DNA from: Spizellomyces punctatus DAOM BR117
Lineage: Eukaryota
Reading direction: 5' to 3' (one strand)
Length of the DNA stretch: 64,000 nucleotides
NCBI GenBank assembly: GCA_000182565.2
Contig: KQ257458.1
This document shows positions 47,814 through 60,641 of this stretch, piece by piece (within the stretch, counting starts at the first letter, position 1; every line of letters begins with the position of its first letter). The notes beneath the pieces are model-generated. The model was not told the origin of the DNA. It saw only the letters and a list, made by a program, of their open reading frames with translations, and ran no database searches. The translations under genes and the position numbers were made by a program.

Positions 47814-50530
47814 TTAAAACGGTTGTTGCATTTCTAAAGCGATCTGTGACGATATGAAGCTATTAGCGACAAGGGCTTAGCGGAATGGAAGGCTGCATAC
47901 CCCACCTGTGTCGCTTCCTGTAGCTTTGGGCCCAGGTCGGCCGTCGCTAAACGGATCTCGTCCTCAATGCAATACAGCTCCTATTGCTCTTATATTAATA
48001 TCCTGCTGTACAGCAAAAGGGATTTGCATCGGAAATTTACCTTGGGTGCCATCAAAGGTTTGGCAGTAACGGCGTGCTCATATAGGGTGGTCAGTAATAT
48101 ATCGGACGATACAATCCTAATAGATCAGGGAGAAAAGTTGAGGTTATCCACAGGACATTTAGCATGAATCCAGGCAGGCTTACTTGTCATTCATTTGACC
48201 TTCCAGCTTCATGATTTCTTGTTCAGTACCCTCTTTACCACGTCGTACGCTCTCCACCAGTTTTACAGCGGCTTCTTTGACCGACTCCATAGACACGAGA
48301 GTATTCCCTCCTTGTAAATTTGCTTGCATTCCTAAAGATCGAGCAAGAAGGTTTGAATGAAGGGACGCTACGCGGCAGAGAGAACGTACAAAATGGCATA
48401 CCATTGTCGCCAGAAAACTTTAATGACTTGATAACAAGCTGCATAAACTCGTCACTTGGATCAATGAGCCCGCTTTCAGACCCAGTATCGACCAATTCAG
48501 GAGAAGTAATCCAATTCTACGCAACGGAAAATAAATTACTTTACCAAAGTTTTTCGCACACGAACAATTCTTACCATCCGGTCTTGGACCTCTTTCCATT
48601 TCCTCTCCAGTTCGTTACAGAGTGATCCTACAACATGTCCTTGTTGGCGCAAGGTTTTGTCTTCGTGCATTAGACCGTAAAGAAGGATCTGACGACGGGC
48701 AAACTGTTGTAGAAGCAACCGCTTCAACTAGGGAACACGAGATGAGATGAGTATTTTAAAAAGACATTGGCTGTTGTGAGAAGATAGATACAATTCCCGC
48801 ACCTCATTGCTATCTTGTATAGTAGCTTGGTTATGCTGTAGCGTCTCGTCAAAATATTCCTTTAGGAACGGCATGCGCAATTGGAAGTCGGCCAGTGTTG
48901 TCCACATCTCCGGAAGTTCTTGCGTTCTTATTTGCTCTATCGATTCTCTCAGCGACTGCGCTTCAGCTCGTAGACGGTCTCGCTCCTCTGCTACTGATTC
49001 TTGAGTCATATCGTCATTCTGCCGCTGAAGCTCTGTTTGCAACGCTTCCAATTTTGCTTTGTTGTACCGCTGTCGTAACAATGCATCTAGGTATCCCTGT
49101 TCTGTCAGAGGGTAGCTAGCATGTAAAATCATCCGGTCAATGGACGGTGTGCGATCGCAAGGGCGGCAAGTAATATGTGATGGAACTTACAGCGACTTTA
49201 ACCTGTCTAGCTCATTTCGAAGCTCGTCAGGAAAATCAAATGGAACTGCAAAAAATGGTGTCAGCATAACCACTTGGTGCTGCATCGTGCGGGCACCATA
49301 CCGTTCTTAATGTCTTGTGGCAAAGGATGCCGAAATATAGCCGGGGTTTCCTCAGTACGTAACTCGCCTTCCTGCACACAAACCATCAATTAACCAAGGA
49401 CGGCTCCATGGAACTCGTTAAGGATTCGGACCTTGGGATACAACCCCGCAAATTTCTCCTGGAGTAAGCTTGTCATCGTATCATCAACATGATGCCATTC
49501 CTCTAGTTCCTTTCTGCACTGGAACAGAAAATATGGGGGATCCTCGGTATGTTCATCATTTCTGGTCGCAACAGCCTCCGCCAACTGACCAACTGTATTC
49601 GTGGCCTCTTTCATGGCGGCATCAACCTTTAATCAGCGTAAATAACAAAACCTCATCCTCACAAAACTGAATCAGTAACATTGGAACGCACTCGTAGAGA
49701 CAGATTGCTCATTTCCAAATCCAATTCTTGCATCCGACTGTCCGATGCCTTTATCTCGGAATTTAAGCGCTCGGTTCGCTTCTGGCATGATGTCCTACTT
49801 TGCCTAAATATTCATCTCAGCAATAGTACTTCACAGCTTACAAAACCTCGCGATCCTCACTCTAGTCTCGTACGTTGACCCTCCAGTAAGCGAAGCTGTT
49901 CTCGCGAACGTCGTAGCTCAGTTTCCAATGACGCAACGTCGGATCTAGTTACTGAATATCAATACGTTGGGAAATTCGATGAAGATAATGGGCTGCTATT
50001 TGCATTACTCTAGTTGTTCAATGGTCACGTCATCAAGATCATCGTTTTGTGGTTGGACATCCCACCGCGCCTCGTTCTAAAATATGTGCCAGGTTGAATA
50101 AAGACGTGAAGTCTATGTCCGTTAGCATGCTCAAACACGTACGGGATTCAAGAAGCCTTTCGCCTTCAATTCTTCTAGCCTATATAATAGTCGTTGTCAC
50201 TTTTCAACCCGCGCTCCTGAAAGGACAAGAACTATCGCCGCAGACTTACGCCTCATATTCCTCTGCCGATAAGACAGCGTATCCAGCCCATCGTGCCAGG
50301 TTTCCGTCAGGCCGACCTCCATTCCCATCCAAGGCTTCGCATAGCCAGTGTAGGAACGGCCGTGTCTCTTCGAGCGCAAATGCCCAGTCGAGAGCCTGCT
50401 CCAAATTGGACACTTGCTGCCCATGACCGGCGTTGGGTGAAGAGTGACGGTATCCTAACCGTTGTAGGGTTTCTGCTAGAAGGGTCGCAGAAGGCTCTTG
50501 TGGCTGGGTATGTGTAGCATCTTTCGTCAT
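47814..50530 (-). CDS. HAUS3: Augmin/HAUS complex subunit 3
   Basis: N-terminus LAETLQRLGY...LDWAF...PFLHWLCEAL...VLSAEEYEA matches the HAUS3 N-domain; coiled-coil exons follow; C-terminal exons approximate. Confidence 0.75.
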
Positions 50531-50729
50531 GTTCCAACGTTTCGCCTCGCACTTTTACTACGACGTCCGCTCACGCTCAATTTCCAAGAGCTGACTCAAT
50601 TGTCATTTAGCCCAGAATGGTTACAATATGTCCGAAATGCTTGGACATCATGTGACTAACAAGGTGTGGTAAGCCAAGTTGCGCCACATGGGTATCTCTT
50701 TAGAGTTAACTCTGGAATTAACCTGAAAG

Positions 50730-52780
50730 ATGGGCCCAATGGTAGTTCTCTTTAAACTTGCGCTTCTATGGCTTTTGGGTGGTTCGTCGGCAGAGCAAGG
50801 TCACAAAGACCCTGCATTTGATGTGAGCCGGCATCTCGGGAGCAAAGGTCCATACCCCTACCGGACTACAATGAAAACACCACCACTTTCCGACCCGCCA
50901 AAAGGATGTAGGTTTCAACAGGTGCAACTGGTATGTCTTGGCTGATCGATGTGGTGGCCAAGAAAAGGTGTTTTCATTGTCTGACAATGGCCGGTATGTT
51001 CCAGATTGCACGGCACGGTACACGATATCCCAGTGTCAAAGAGATATTGTCGTTTGATAAACTGGTTCAAATATTTCATCAGCACAGGGATGATGTTCGG
51101 GCTCCTTCATGGTTGAATGATTGGGTATGAAGAGCAATTGGTTGATATACACAGAAATTCGATTCGAGGTGCCTAATTTGCAGCAATGCTTCTGTAGGTC
51201 AATCCATTTATTCCTGAAGACAACAATATCTTGGCCCTGATTGGCGAAGATGAGATGTATTGGTTGGGCAAACGAGCTGCAAAGCGGTACAAGGAGCTGT
51301 TTGGGTATGTGAATACTTTTCACGACTGATGTAGGGTCTTCAACGCTTTTGTGCTTAAAGTCGCTATATGTTAGCTCAAAGCCGTACAGCCCACATTTGT
51401 ACAAATTTCGCAGCTCAACAACATCAAGGTATACTTTCCATTGTATTTGCGTTCGGTATGTCGAATCTCAGCCATTCGTGGCTCACTAGAACAGGGCAGA
51501 GTGGGAGTGCCTTTGCGGCTGGGTTTTTCGACGGGAAGGGACCGTCGGGTACCTGCAAGTACCAAGTAAGAATCATATTCAGCTATAAGCTCCATCCGTG
51601 TCCTTACTAAGCGGTGACTGTCCAACAGTCTGTGTATCAATATACAATCCCTCAGGTAATTCATACTACTTTGAAAAAAAGCGAAACGTTGATACTTACT
51701 CTTTACGTAAAGGTTATGGATTATGAACTTATGCCAAAATGGTCCTGTCCTCTTTGGTCAGAGGTGGTGGAAGATCATCCATTCCTCTCATCACAATTAG
51801 ATGAATGGACTGCTGAGCATCTGCCCAAAATGGTCTCCCGATTACGAAAAGCAATGACAAAACCCGGGCATGAGGAAATTCCTTTGACTTCTTCTCATGT
51901 TAAGGCGATATATCGGGCATGCGCTTTTGAGGTTTCTGTGTTTTCGCGAAATGACACTTGGTGCACTCTTTTGGAACCGGGCGAGATCATGCTGTTAGAG
52001 TATTTGGATGATTTGAAGCACTACTGGGATTTGGGATATGGGTTTGATCTGAATGCCAAAGTTGGATGCGCTTTGGCGACCGATGTAGCTAAAGAGGTGC
52101 GTCCGTGAAGGTTCGGATATAGGAAGACAAGTGAATACTGATAATGTCGTTCATGGCAGTTGACTGATGCTATTGAAGGGCGAGGGCGAACACAAGGGAT
52201 ATTTAGGTTGGCGGTTGGAGAACTGCCTTGTTGATGGCAAAAACTAACCCGCAATTGCGTAGATTCGGCCACGCGGAAACGAACGTATTCTTTATGGCCG
52301 CTATGGTACGTTTAACTGTGATCCGATCATTCCGAATAGAATTGACATCATTGCCGGAAACCATTGTAGGGGCTTTATCGTGATAAGGTCCCATTATACG
52401 CAAACTCAACAGAGCGCCTGTTGTACGACCGAGAATTTCGATTAAGTGATTTATCACCGTTTGCGGCCAACTACTTTATTGAGCTCTACACATGTGACGA
52501 TGGAACATCAGATTCACAATCAAAATCTGGCGGACCGACAACGAAGCACCTTGTGCGCTTTCTCATGAACGAGAAAGAAGAGCTTCTACCTGGGTGTCCA
52601 TCCGTGTTCTGTCCAATTGATCTGTTTCAGCGAGCGCTTGGCGAAAATGTTGGATGTGATTTTGCGGACATGTGTGGGATCAAGGGATGTCCGCGCGAGG
52701 CCACGAGAAAGAAGGGGCTCGTTGAGGAGTTTGGAAAGAAGCCAGAGTTGAGAGATTCAGTTTTGGTCATGCAGCCCTGA
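50730..52780 (+). CDS. Secreted/ER histidine acid phosphatase, MINPP1/phytase type
   Basis: Signal peptide, HLGSKGPY, ARHGTRYP catalytic motif, CAFE, DDLKHYW..GYG, FGHAET (HAE type rather than HD), SPFAAN. Confidence 0.9.
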
Positions 52781-53012
52781 CGGGGAGGGATAGCGGGGGA
52801 AATAAAAGGTGACATTTCACAGATCATGTGTCGACATTCGTTCGTTTTCATATGGTAGTGATATAATATATACAAATTCCAAGAGCTTCCCAACTTCAAC
52901 CCCCAATCCATCAATAATGCAGCACATCGAAAGCAACCATTCAAGTAGAAATACACGTCACATCCAACGAATGTGGACCGACTTTACGGCCAAGACGCTT
53001 GCATGCCAGCAG

Positions 53013-53614
53013 CTACGCAGACACTTCGCAAAGGAGACTTCGTTCGAGAATAAACTTGCCCTCTTTGTACTTTTGGTCTTCCTCGAATGCCTTCTCCTTT
53101 AAATCATGAGAGTCAAGTTAGAGACCATGGATGGATGGCAAATGGACCGGGTGCAAAAAATCCAGTACATACATATTTCCACCTGCATACAGCAAAAAAG
53201 TGTTAGCACCACCCAAATGGAACTGCATAAACTGCTTGCAACATACCCAAGCACAGCCTGACAGTTGATACAAAAGATATCGCATACGGTATGCTGCCCC
53301 GTGGTCATTGGCCGGTCCTGCGGTTGTCCCTGAATGATATTCACTACATCATGGAACAACCAAGCACGCCCGTGATGCCCTGTTGGCTCAGGTGAGCAAC
53401 AAACTGGGAGGGGAGGATACATCAAGGGTATTTACGACGGGATACCTTGGAAGGCCTGGGGAGCACTTGGTCAAATACAAAACATGGAACATCATGAGAC
53501 AGGTTTATTTACCTTTGACATGAGGGCTTCGCTGTGGGAAAGATGTGTTTTGCACTCGCTGCAGCAATAGACGCGAGAGTGCCCGTCCAAGAACCGTCTA
53601 TAGATAAGACCCAT
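53013..53614 (-). CDS. Yippee/YPEL zinc-binding protein
   Basis: YCCSECKTHL...SK|AFQG|HHGRAWLF...MTTGQHTVCDIFCINC...LG|WKY|EKAFEEDQKYKEGKFILE. Confidence 0.93.
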
Positions 53615-53992
53615 TGCAAAGTGTGTCTGTGTTGGAGGAGCTATTTGGCCAGTTGAACCAATTAGAATGGAAAGTTTGAACTGAGCGCAGTAAGGAGTTG
53701 GGAAACAGTTACTCCCAAGAATCGGGAGCGTTATACGTTATGGGAGGGAGCGGGCTGTTAGATATTGAACGCTAGGAAGGACGAAATTTGGAGGGAGAAG
53801 GCAAGGGAAACTTGACCGCATCACCACCAGCACCACAAGCGCCTTACCTAACATGTGTTTTAACACATGACGCACGCGTTCATGGTTCGGACCAACGCAA
53901 CAAATGCCAACTGAACCGATCTTTACTTGCTTTGAAAGATCACCAGTAAATAAGACAATTTCCAGCCACGCATAGCTGTTTAACCGATTACC

Positions 53993-55470
53993 ATGAGCTC
54001 GCACAAACGACAGCGAGACCACGATCAGGATAGAGACATTGAAAAAGGACGACATGGTCGAGACAAGCAGCGAAAGCATCGCAAGTCAAAGCGTGAAGGT
54101 GATGATGTCGAGTCGGAAGTGGATGACGAGGCAGCTACAGCGCGGAGATACGGCAGACCTGGTTGGGAGTTTTTAGCCTTTTGAAACTAGTGTAGCTTGC
54201 ATGGGGCTTACGAGGTTTGGACTTATAGCGATCAACGAGGATGACTACTTTGTGAAATCGACAGAGTTCCAGCTTTGGCTTCGTCAGGTGCGATGAATAA
54301 CATTATGGCTCCAAGTTTAAACGGTGGTTCCTAATTGCGGAATGCATTACAGGAGAAGAAGTTATTTTTCAATGATTTGAGTGGTGCAGAGACTCGCACA
54401 TATTTTGACAAGGTCGGTATGGTTTTGACCTCTTCGACTCTAAATGTTTCGTTATTCAAAATGTACGCTGTCCATTACAGTTTGTGAAGCGATGGAATAG
54501 AGGCAAGCTGCAAAGTAAGTCCATCATACGTGTGTTGACGCTACCGGAAAGCAAGAGAAATGAACGTGGAAATCAGAACGATACTACGAAGGAATCTCTA
54601 CATCCGAAGTCCCCGCGGCAGAGCGAAGTCGTCACAAATGGAATTTCAAAAATCTGGTAAAGGGTAATTGCATGTTTAAAAACACATGCCAGCATACGTT
54701 GTCTCATTACGTTAACACATGTTTGTCCCAAATTTGCCAGAACGAGGACGCCCTTGCCAATGCGAGGGACTCTGTAGATTCCCTTACACAGTCTTCCAAG
54801 CAATTAAACCGCCCGCTTGATGTCTTGGAACAAAAAAGTAGAGCTGCTGGTAAGCGCCCAAAACGAAGTCTTAATCCTGTATGCCTTACTCACGCATATA
54901 TGCAGCCGAGGCACGATCAAAATCGCGTTTGGAACGCGACGATGGTAGGCATCAAAGAAACAGAAACCAAACTCCCCCATCAACTTTTATCTGATCGCAA
55001 AAATGGTTTTCAGATCTCGATAAGGCAGAACAGGAGCGCATTGCACGGAAAAGAGAGCAACGCAATATGCGGAAAGATCAAGAAATGGTACTGGAGGAGC
55101 TTGCACCCAAAGCTACAGGGCGGTAAGTCTTTTACACACCTTGAATTATCAAACACACCATCTTTTTAGTATTTTTAAAAAATTCCAAAACAGAGACGCA
55201 CTCATTGAAAAGCGACGGGCGCAAAATGCCTATCATAAACAAGAACGCGATGTGGATGTGGAACTGAATGATCGCGATCTAATGGGTGGTGATTCATTAG
55301 CTTCATATAAGCGCGCCCATGAACGCCGGGAGGAGCGAAAAAAGGAACGGCGGGATGAGAGGTCCACCGAAATGGCTGGAAAGGTGGCAGCGTACCGAGC
55401 AAAAGAGGATGCCACTTTGGCCATGTTTAAACAATTGGCTCAAAATCGGTTTGGGTCTGGTGGTGGGTGA
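53993..55470 (+). CDS. Conserved R/K/E-rich nuclear protein (SCI1-like family)
   Basis: Spliced INEDDYFVKSTEFQLWLRQEKKLFFNDLS...FVKRWNRGKL..YYEGI; C-terminal LEELAPKATGRDALIEKRR...KEDATLAMFKQLAQNRFG. Confidence 0.75.
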
Positions 55471-56240
55471 GGATATTTTTTTGCATTTTGCATTGTAAAT
55501 ATACACACTGGCGTACGATCGGAATCATGGTAGGGGATGCATGCGATGCATTTTGACTGCACATCTCCTATCTTTATGTCAGAATTGAGCATAATCATTT
55601 TAGGAGAAACAAAAGAGGCCAAACTCATTTTATCATTTTCACACGAGGAAGTAAACAGTCAAACAAACACTAACCATTCCAAACAAGGTTCCAATAGTCG
55701 CAACACTGCCAGCCATATATCTACCAGTTTGTAAAAGGGATCTATCAAAAACAAAAACTCTTCTCCACTGCCCGAGAACCCAGTAAATACAATATACACA
55801 AAACATGGATCATCTAACCGGACAGACAGAAGACACACAACAGCAGCCATCAGATCACACCCCACCCCATAACCCCCTAGCCATCACAAAATGTTCAGTA
55901 AATTATCCCCTTCGGCATCCCCAATCCTCGATCCCCAACCATATTTACAAATCATATACGCCGACTATCTTCACTAAGACAAAAAAAAACAAAACAAAAA
56001 TAAAAGTGTGCATGGGAGACTATATCTACAAATTTTATCCGCCGAGAGGAAAGCCGTAATTAATGGATATAGCGCTCGGACGGGTTTAGGTTATTTTTTT
56101 GGTGTTTTTCGTGTGTATCTTGTCACCGTTCGTCTAAGATTTTGATCGTTTCTGGTATCCGCCGCCAAGATTGAAAAAAAAGCTGTACATCTAGTCGAGA
56201 TCGATATCGTAGGGCGTTTTGTTGCTCGGTGGGATCTCGT

Positions 56241-56984
56241 TCAGTAATACATAACGCTACCATAATTAGGAGCGTTGGAAGGCGCAAACCCCATGTCCAG
56301 GGGTTGATGCATATAGTAATGCTGCTGGGGTACGTAAGCCGGGCCAGCTGCAGATGCAGCAGCAGCGGCAGCGACGGCAGCCGCATGGTCCCAAACAGGA
56401 GCGTACGCAGGTTGCGCAAATTGCGCAGCGGCGGCCGAAGCTGCAGCAGCGATTGAGCATCTCTGGTAGGCTTGGAATGCAGCGATTTCCCGTTGACGTT
56501 TGCGACGCTCAGCCTCAATCGCCTGTTTTCTCAACTTGAGGAGCTCACGAGTGTACTGTTGCATTTCTGCGCGGTACAACAACAGCTCAATGAGATCGTT
56601 CTTTGTCAGCGGCTCGACCTCGGTACTGGATCGGTCGTACTCATCAGCACCCCAAGTATAGGCCACCGTGACAAACTAAAAAGCATGCAAAAATCTATCA
56701 GAATCCGCTTGTCAAAAGCCTCTCTATTCATGTCAATGACTCACCTCGCGAAAAGACACTTGTTTTTGAGGGTTTTGTTCATTGCCCATAATGTCTTTCT
56801 GTTCCGGACCAGTAGAGTGCGGCTTGTCCTGTAACTCTTGTTGTTGTTGCTCAACGGTCGACTGATCTTGTTGCGTCGCAGCGGGTGAAAACAGGAGCGG
56901 CGAAAAGGACGGCAATTGGAAGCCAGGCGGAGGAGGCACTCCAAAAGCGGTGAAAGGTACAGGTGCAGGCGACAAGTATTCCAT
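56241..56984 (-). CDS. Small putative PP1 regulatory protein (RVxF plus Bni4/Phactr-like motif)
   Basis: Intron 56676-56744 joins KQVSFRE|FVTVAYTWGADEYDRSSTEVEPLT...LYRAEM; A/Q/Y-rich tail. Confidence 0.65.
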
Positions 56985-57772
56985 TGTGTTTTTTTGTGTG
57001 TTTTTTCTTGTTCTAGTTGCTGTCGTTCGTGTTTCTTGGTTCAGAGAGAGAGAAAACGTAGAATAGGTTGCCCGATATTATAATGTACAGACTAGGCGAC
57101 GTATTCTAGATTAAAAGTAACTAAAGGGAATGTCTACTGTACAATGTGCATGACGATTGGGCAACTTTTGCTAATGGCTGCTCCCAAGAAGAAGATTGCC
57201 CTGGAGGGAAGATGCAGCTCAAGTCGGTCTCTTTTTGGGGGAGAGCAGGTGGTGGGTGGGTGGGAAATTTCAAGAAGCCCCCCGTGGGAAAAAAGCCTTT
57301 AAAACTCCCCCCTGCCATAAAAGGAGAAAATCGCCTGCCGCCCCTCCCACTTGATATATGACTGTGCCATGCAGGTACATGACTATGCCATTCATTCATG
57401 TGAAACTGTGTGTCATTCTGATTGGAGGCTGAAATGCTAAAGGAGTGGTTGGTAAAAAATAGAGATCAGGGCACTTGCATTTTTACGTGTGTTTTGGGAT
57501 GTGTTGCATTTTAACACTTGTAATGAACGGGTGGGGGGTTACAGTGCGCGGTCGAAATGGAACGGCGAGACGGGCGGCGGATGGAACGGCTGGGGAGACG
57601 ACGGGGGCCTTGGCAAGTAAAAGGGCAAAAGAGATTGTCCATTTGTTGAACAAAAACATTCGTACGCTAGGGGAAAGGGACTTGCAACACGAGCGATCAC
57701 ACGATTGATAAAAAGGCTCGTGCAAGAATGTTAATTTGTTACCATGGTTGCTGCTAAAGTTTCCCACAGAAC

Positions 57773-58745
57773 ATGTTTCAACGCTCATTGTTGCGTTTCA
57801 ACCGAGCACTACCTACAAGATATTGCTACTCGAGGCCCTTTCAACCTGAAGCATTGCATTGGGGAATGGCATCTGTAGCCATTAAAGATCCCCTTGTGTG
57901 GATCGACTTGGAGGTAACGTCCCCATTTGCACCATACTCTTGACCACATTATGTGTTTTTGCATAGCATTGAAACCTTGGGAATACTTGGGTTCAAACGC
58001 TCCCCCAGATGACTGGCTTGGATCTCGCAAAGGACAGAATCATTGAAATCGCCTGCATCATTACTGACGGGGACCTAAATATCGTTGCCGAGGGTCCCAA
58101 CCTTGTTATTAGTCAACCCAAGGAATTGATGGAGGGCATGTCTCAATGGTACATCCGTGAGAAAAACTACTATTTCATTTGTAAAAAGGTTAATTTCCAT
58201 CTCCATATCACACAGGTGCATTGAACACCACGGAAAGGTGACCCAACTTCTATTATTGGCATCCCTGGTTGCGTCGGGACTCAACAACTAACCAACATAA
58301 AAAAAATATGCAGTCCGGGCTTACATCCCAGGTATTGGCATCAAATACAACGACCCAGTCCGCAACCAGCCAGGTCTTGTCCTTTATAAAATCGCACATT
58401 CCAACATCAAATATTGCGCATCTGGCTGGCAATTCCATCCACATGGATAAGCAATTTCTCCAGAAAGAGATGCCAGACATCATCAATCACTTGCACTACA
58501 GAATTGTCGATGTGAGCACCATCAAGGAACTTGTCAGGAGATGGTTGCCCGAGGTGGCCCAGAATGCACCGCGAAAGGGTCTTTCACATCGGTAAAAATC
58601 CATTTGTTTGATGAGGCAACTCTTTCAAAAACAGCTCTGGCTCATACTGCCCTGTTATGCATTCAGGGCATTGGATGATATCCGCGAGAGTATACAAGAG
58701 CTTAGATATTATCGCCAAGCGGCATTCAAGCGGCCTGTGCAGTAA
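57773..58745 (+). CDS. REX2: Oligoribonuclease (Rex2/REXO2)
   Basis: [13 protein letters not shown]...[66 protein letters not shown]. Confidence 0.95.
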
Positions 58746-59204
58746 CCTGCAAGAGAGTTGCAAAGTTTCAATGGCATCATTTTAATAGACCATTTTCAAA
58801 CTTTTCAAAAACGACCGAATCGGCCAGAGTGTGACGAGATATCCGTCCACTGCTGATGAGAAGGAATTGGTACAAAATCCAGTAGACCATAAAATGAGCG
58901 GCCACTCTTGGTCCTGATCCTGTGCGGGTTCGGCCCCCCTTTGCAAAAGGACTATTCCCACAAAACATAAATGAGGTATTTCCATTTGCAACTACGAAAA
59001 AAAAAAAAAAAGGGAGGGAACACCACCAGAGAAAACAACCCCAACCAGCACCCCAAAAAGAATCAAGGACCACACAGATTTCCAAAACAACAAACACACA
59101 AACAAAACACCCAAAAGTCCCATTCCCAAAACATTTTTCTCAACGTAATAATAAAAAAAAAAATACCAAAGGGAACAGTTTCTCTCAGCTTTTTGCTTAA
59201 CCCC

Positions 59205-60641
59205 TCATCCATCATCTGTCGAATTATCCAATACCAACATTACGTTATCCACCATCTTGAGATCCTCCAAAAACGGTATCAAATCCAACAACTCGGTATC
59301 ATTCGGATCATTGAACCAGCTCGAAATGGGTATTGCGTTAGTAGGATGAAAAATGTACGAAGCAGGGGAGTTGTCGAGGATGATAACGTCTTTGAGATCT
59401 CGTCCCAACATGCTTAGGTCCTAATGACAAGTCGTCAGCGTGTTTGAAGAGGTTTGTGTAGGTTGCTAATAGTTGGTCATTACCTTGACATAGTTTCCTT
59501 TGTGATGGAGGCATGCTTCGCGGAAAAGTCGGTGCTTTACTACCCGATGTCGGTCGAGCTTGTCAAGGACAGGATCGGCATACTGATCACGCCACATCAG
59601 ATATTAAGCACCAGTTTTGTTCACAACCTAATCGAGCAGCTAGACACGCGACATACCTTTGAAAGACTCGCTGTGAAAACCACCACCTCAAACTGTGGTC
59701 CCAATCTTTGTAGGAAACATCCACCCCAGGTCGTTTCAATACATACACGTTATGGACCTGTCCATCTATTTCGACCGGGATAATAAAGTCTGCTTGCGGC
59801 ACAGCCTGATTGCGGTAAAAAAATAAAAGAAAATCATGAGAGCCCGGTCAGAAGGCAAAGTCCATTTGCCTCCTGAATACCTTGAATGAGCTATGTACAA
59901 GGGTTTCGTCAAGATCCAGAACGAGGCATTTACGTCCAACGTCCTCTGCGGCCAGTGGCTTGAGAAGGTATTTTGGCTCCGGCTGCTAAAAAGAGACAAA
60001 GATGAGTCAGCAAGTTCATCACCGAAAATGGCACGCGTAGACTCACCGCTTGTTGCTTCGCCTTTTGAAAATCACCGGCAGGACCACTGGCTTTGACAAC
60101 CATCCCTTTTGCGTCCTTTTGCGGAGCAACCGTCCCCCCACCTTTATCCACACCTTTCCCACTAATACCCACAGTCCCCCCAGCTGTATTAGCCAACGCA
60201 TGTCCTTCCCTCTTATCTTTCTCCACATCGACCTCGCTGTGCGTGATATCAGGATAACAGCATGCGAAAATCGAGGCAATAACGGATTTCCACGATGAGC
60301 GATTGGAACGAACGGAACTGGATCCAGAGGGGACATTGGCTTGGGCAGAAGATTGAGAATTTGGTGTTGGCGGCGGATGGGTCGGCGGGGGCTGTGCAGC
60401 TGGTGGGGTGGCGCTCGAGGAAGATCCTATCAGCAGTTGGAAATGAGTTTTGCATGCACCTACGCCGCAGAATGTCTGTACCATAGCAAGACGTACCGGT
60501 CTGGTTTGCACTTGTGGCTGCAGCGCTTGCATTACCTTCTGCATTCGGCCTTACTGACGCGATGATTCCTGCAGGTCCATCATCTCCACTTTCAGCCGCC
60601 GGCGGCTGTACTTGCGTAATCACGCTTTCTAATCCAGGCAT
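59205..60641 (-). CDS. PSR1: CTD small phosphatase (Psr1/Psr2/SCP, NIF domain)
   Basis: [16 protein letters not shown] (DxDxT motif), [50 protein letters not shown] palmitoylation-type motif. Confidence 0.9.

Noticed and set aside
57236..57265. G-run cluster as a G-quadruplex
   Set aside because: Plausible but common in promoters, with no further support from the sequence.
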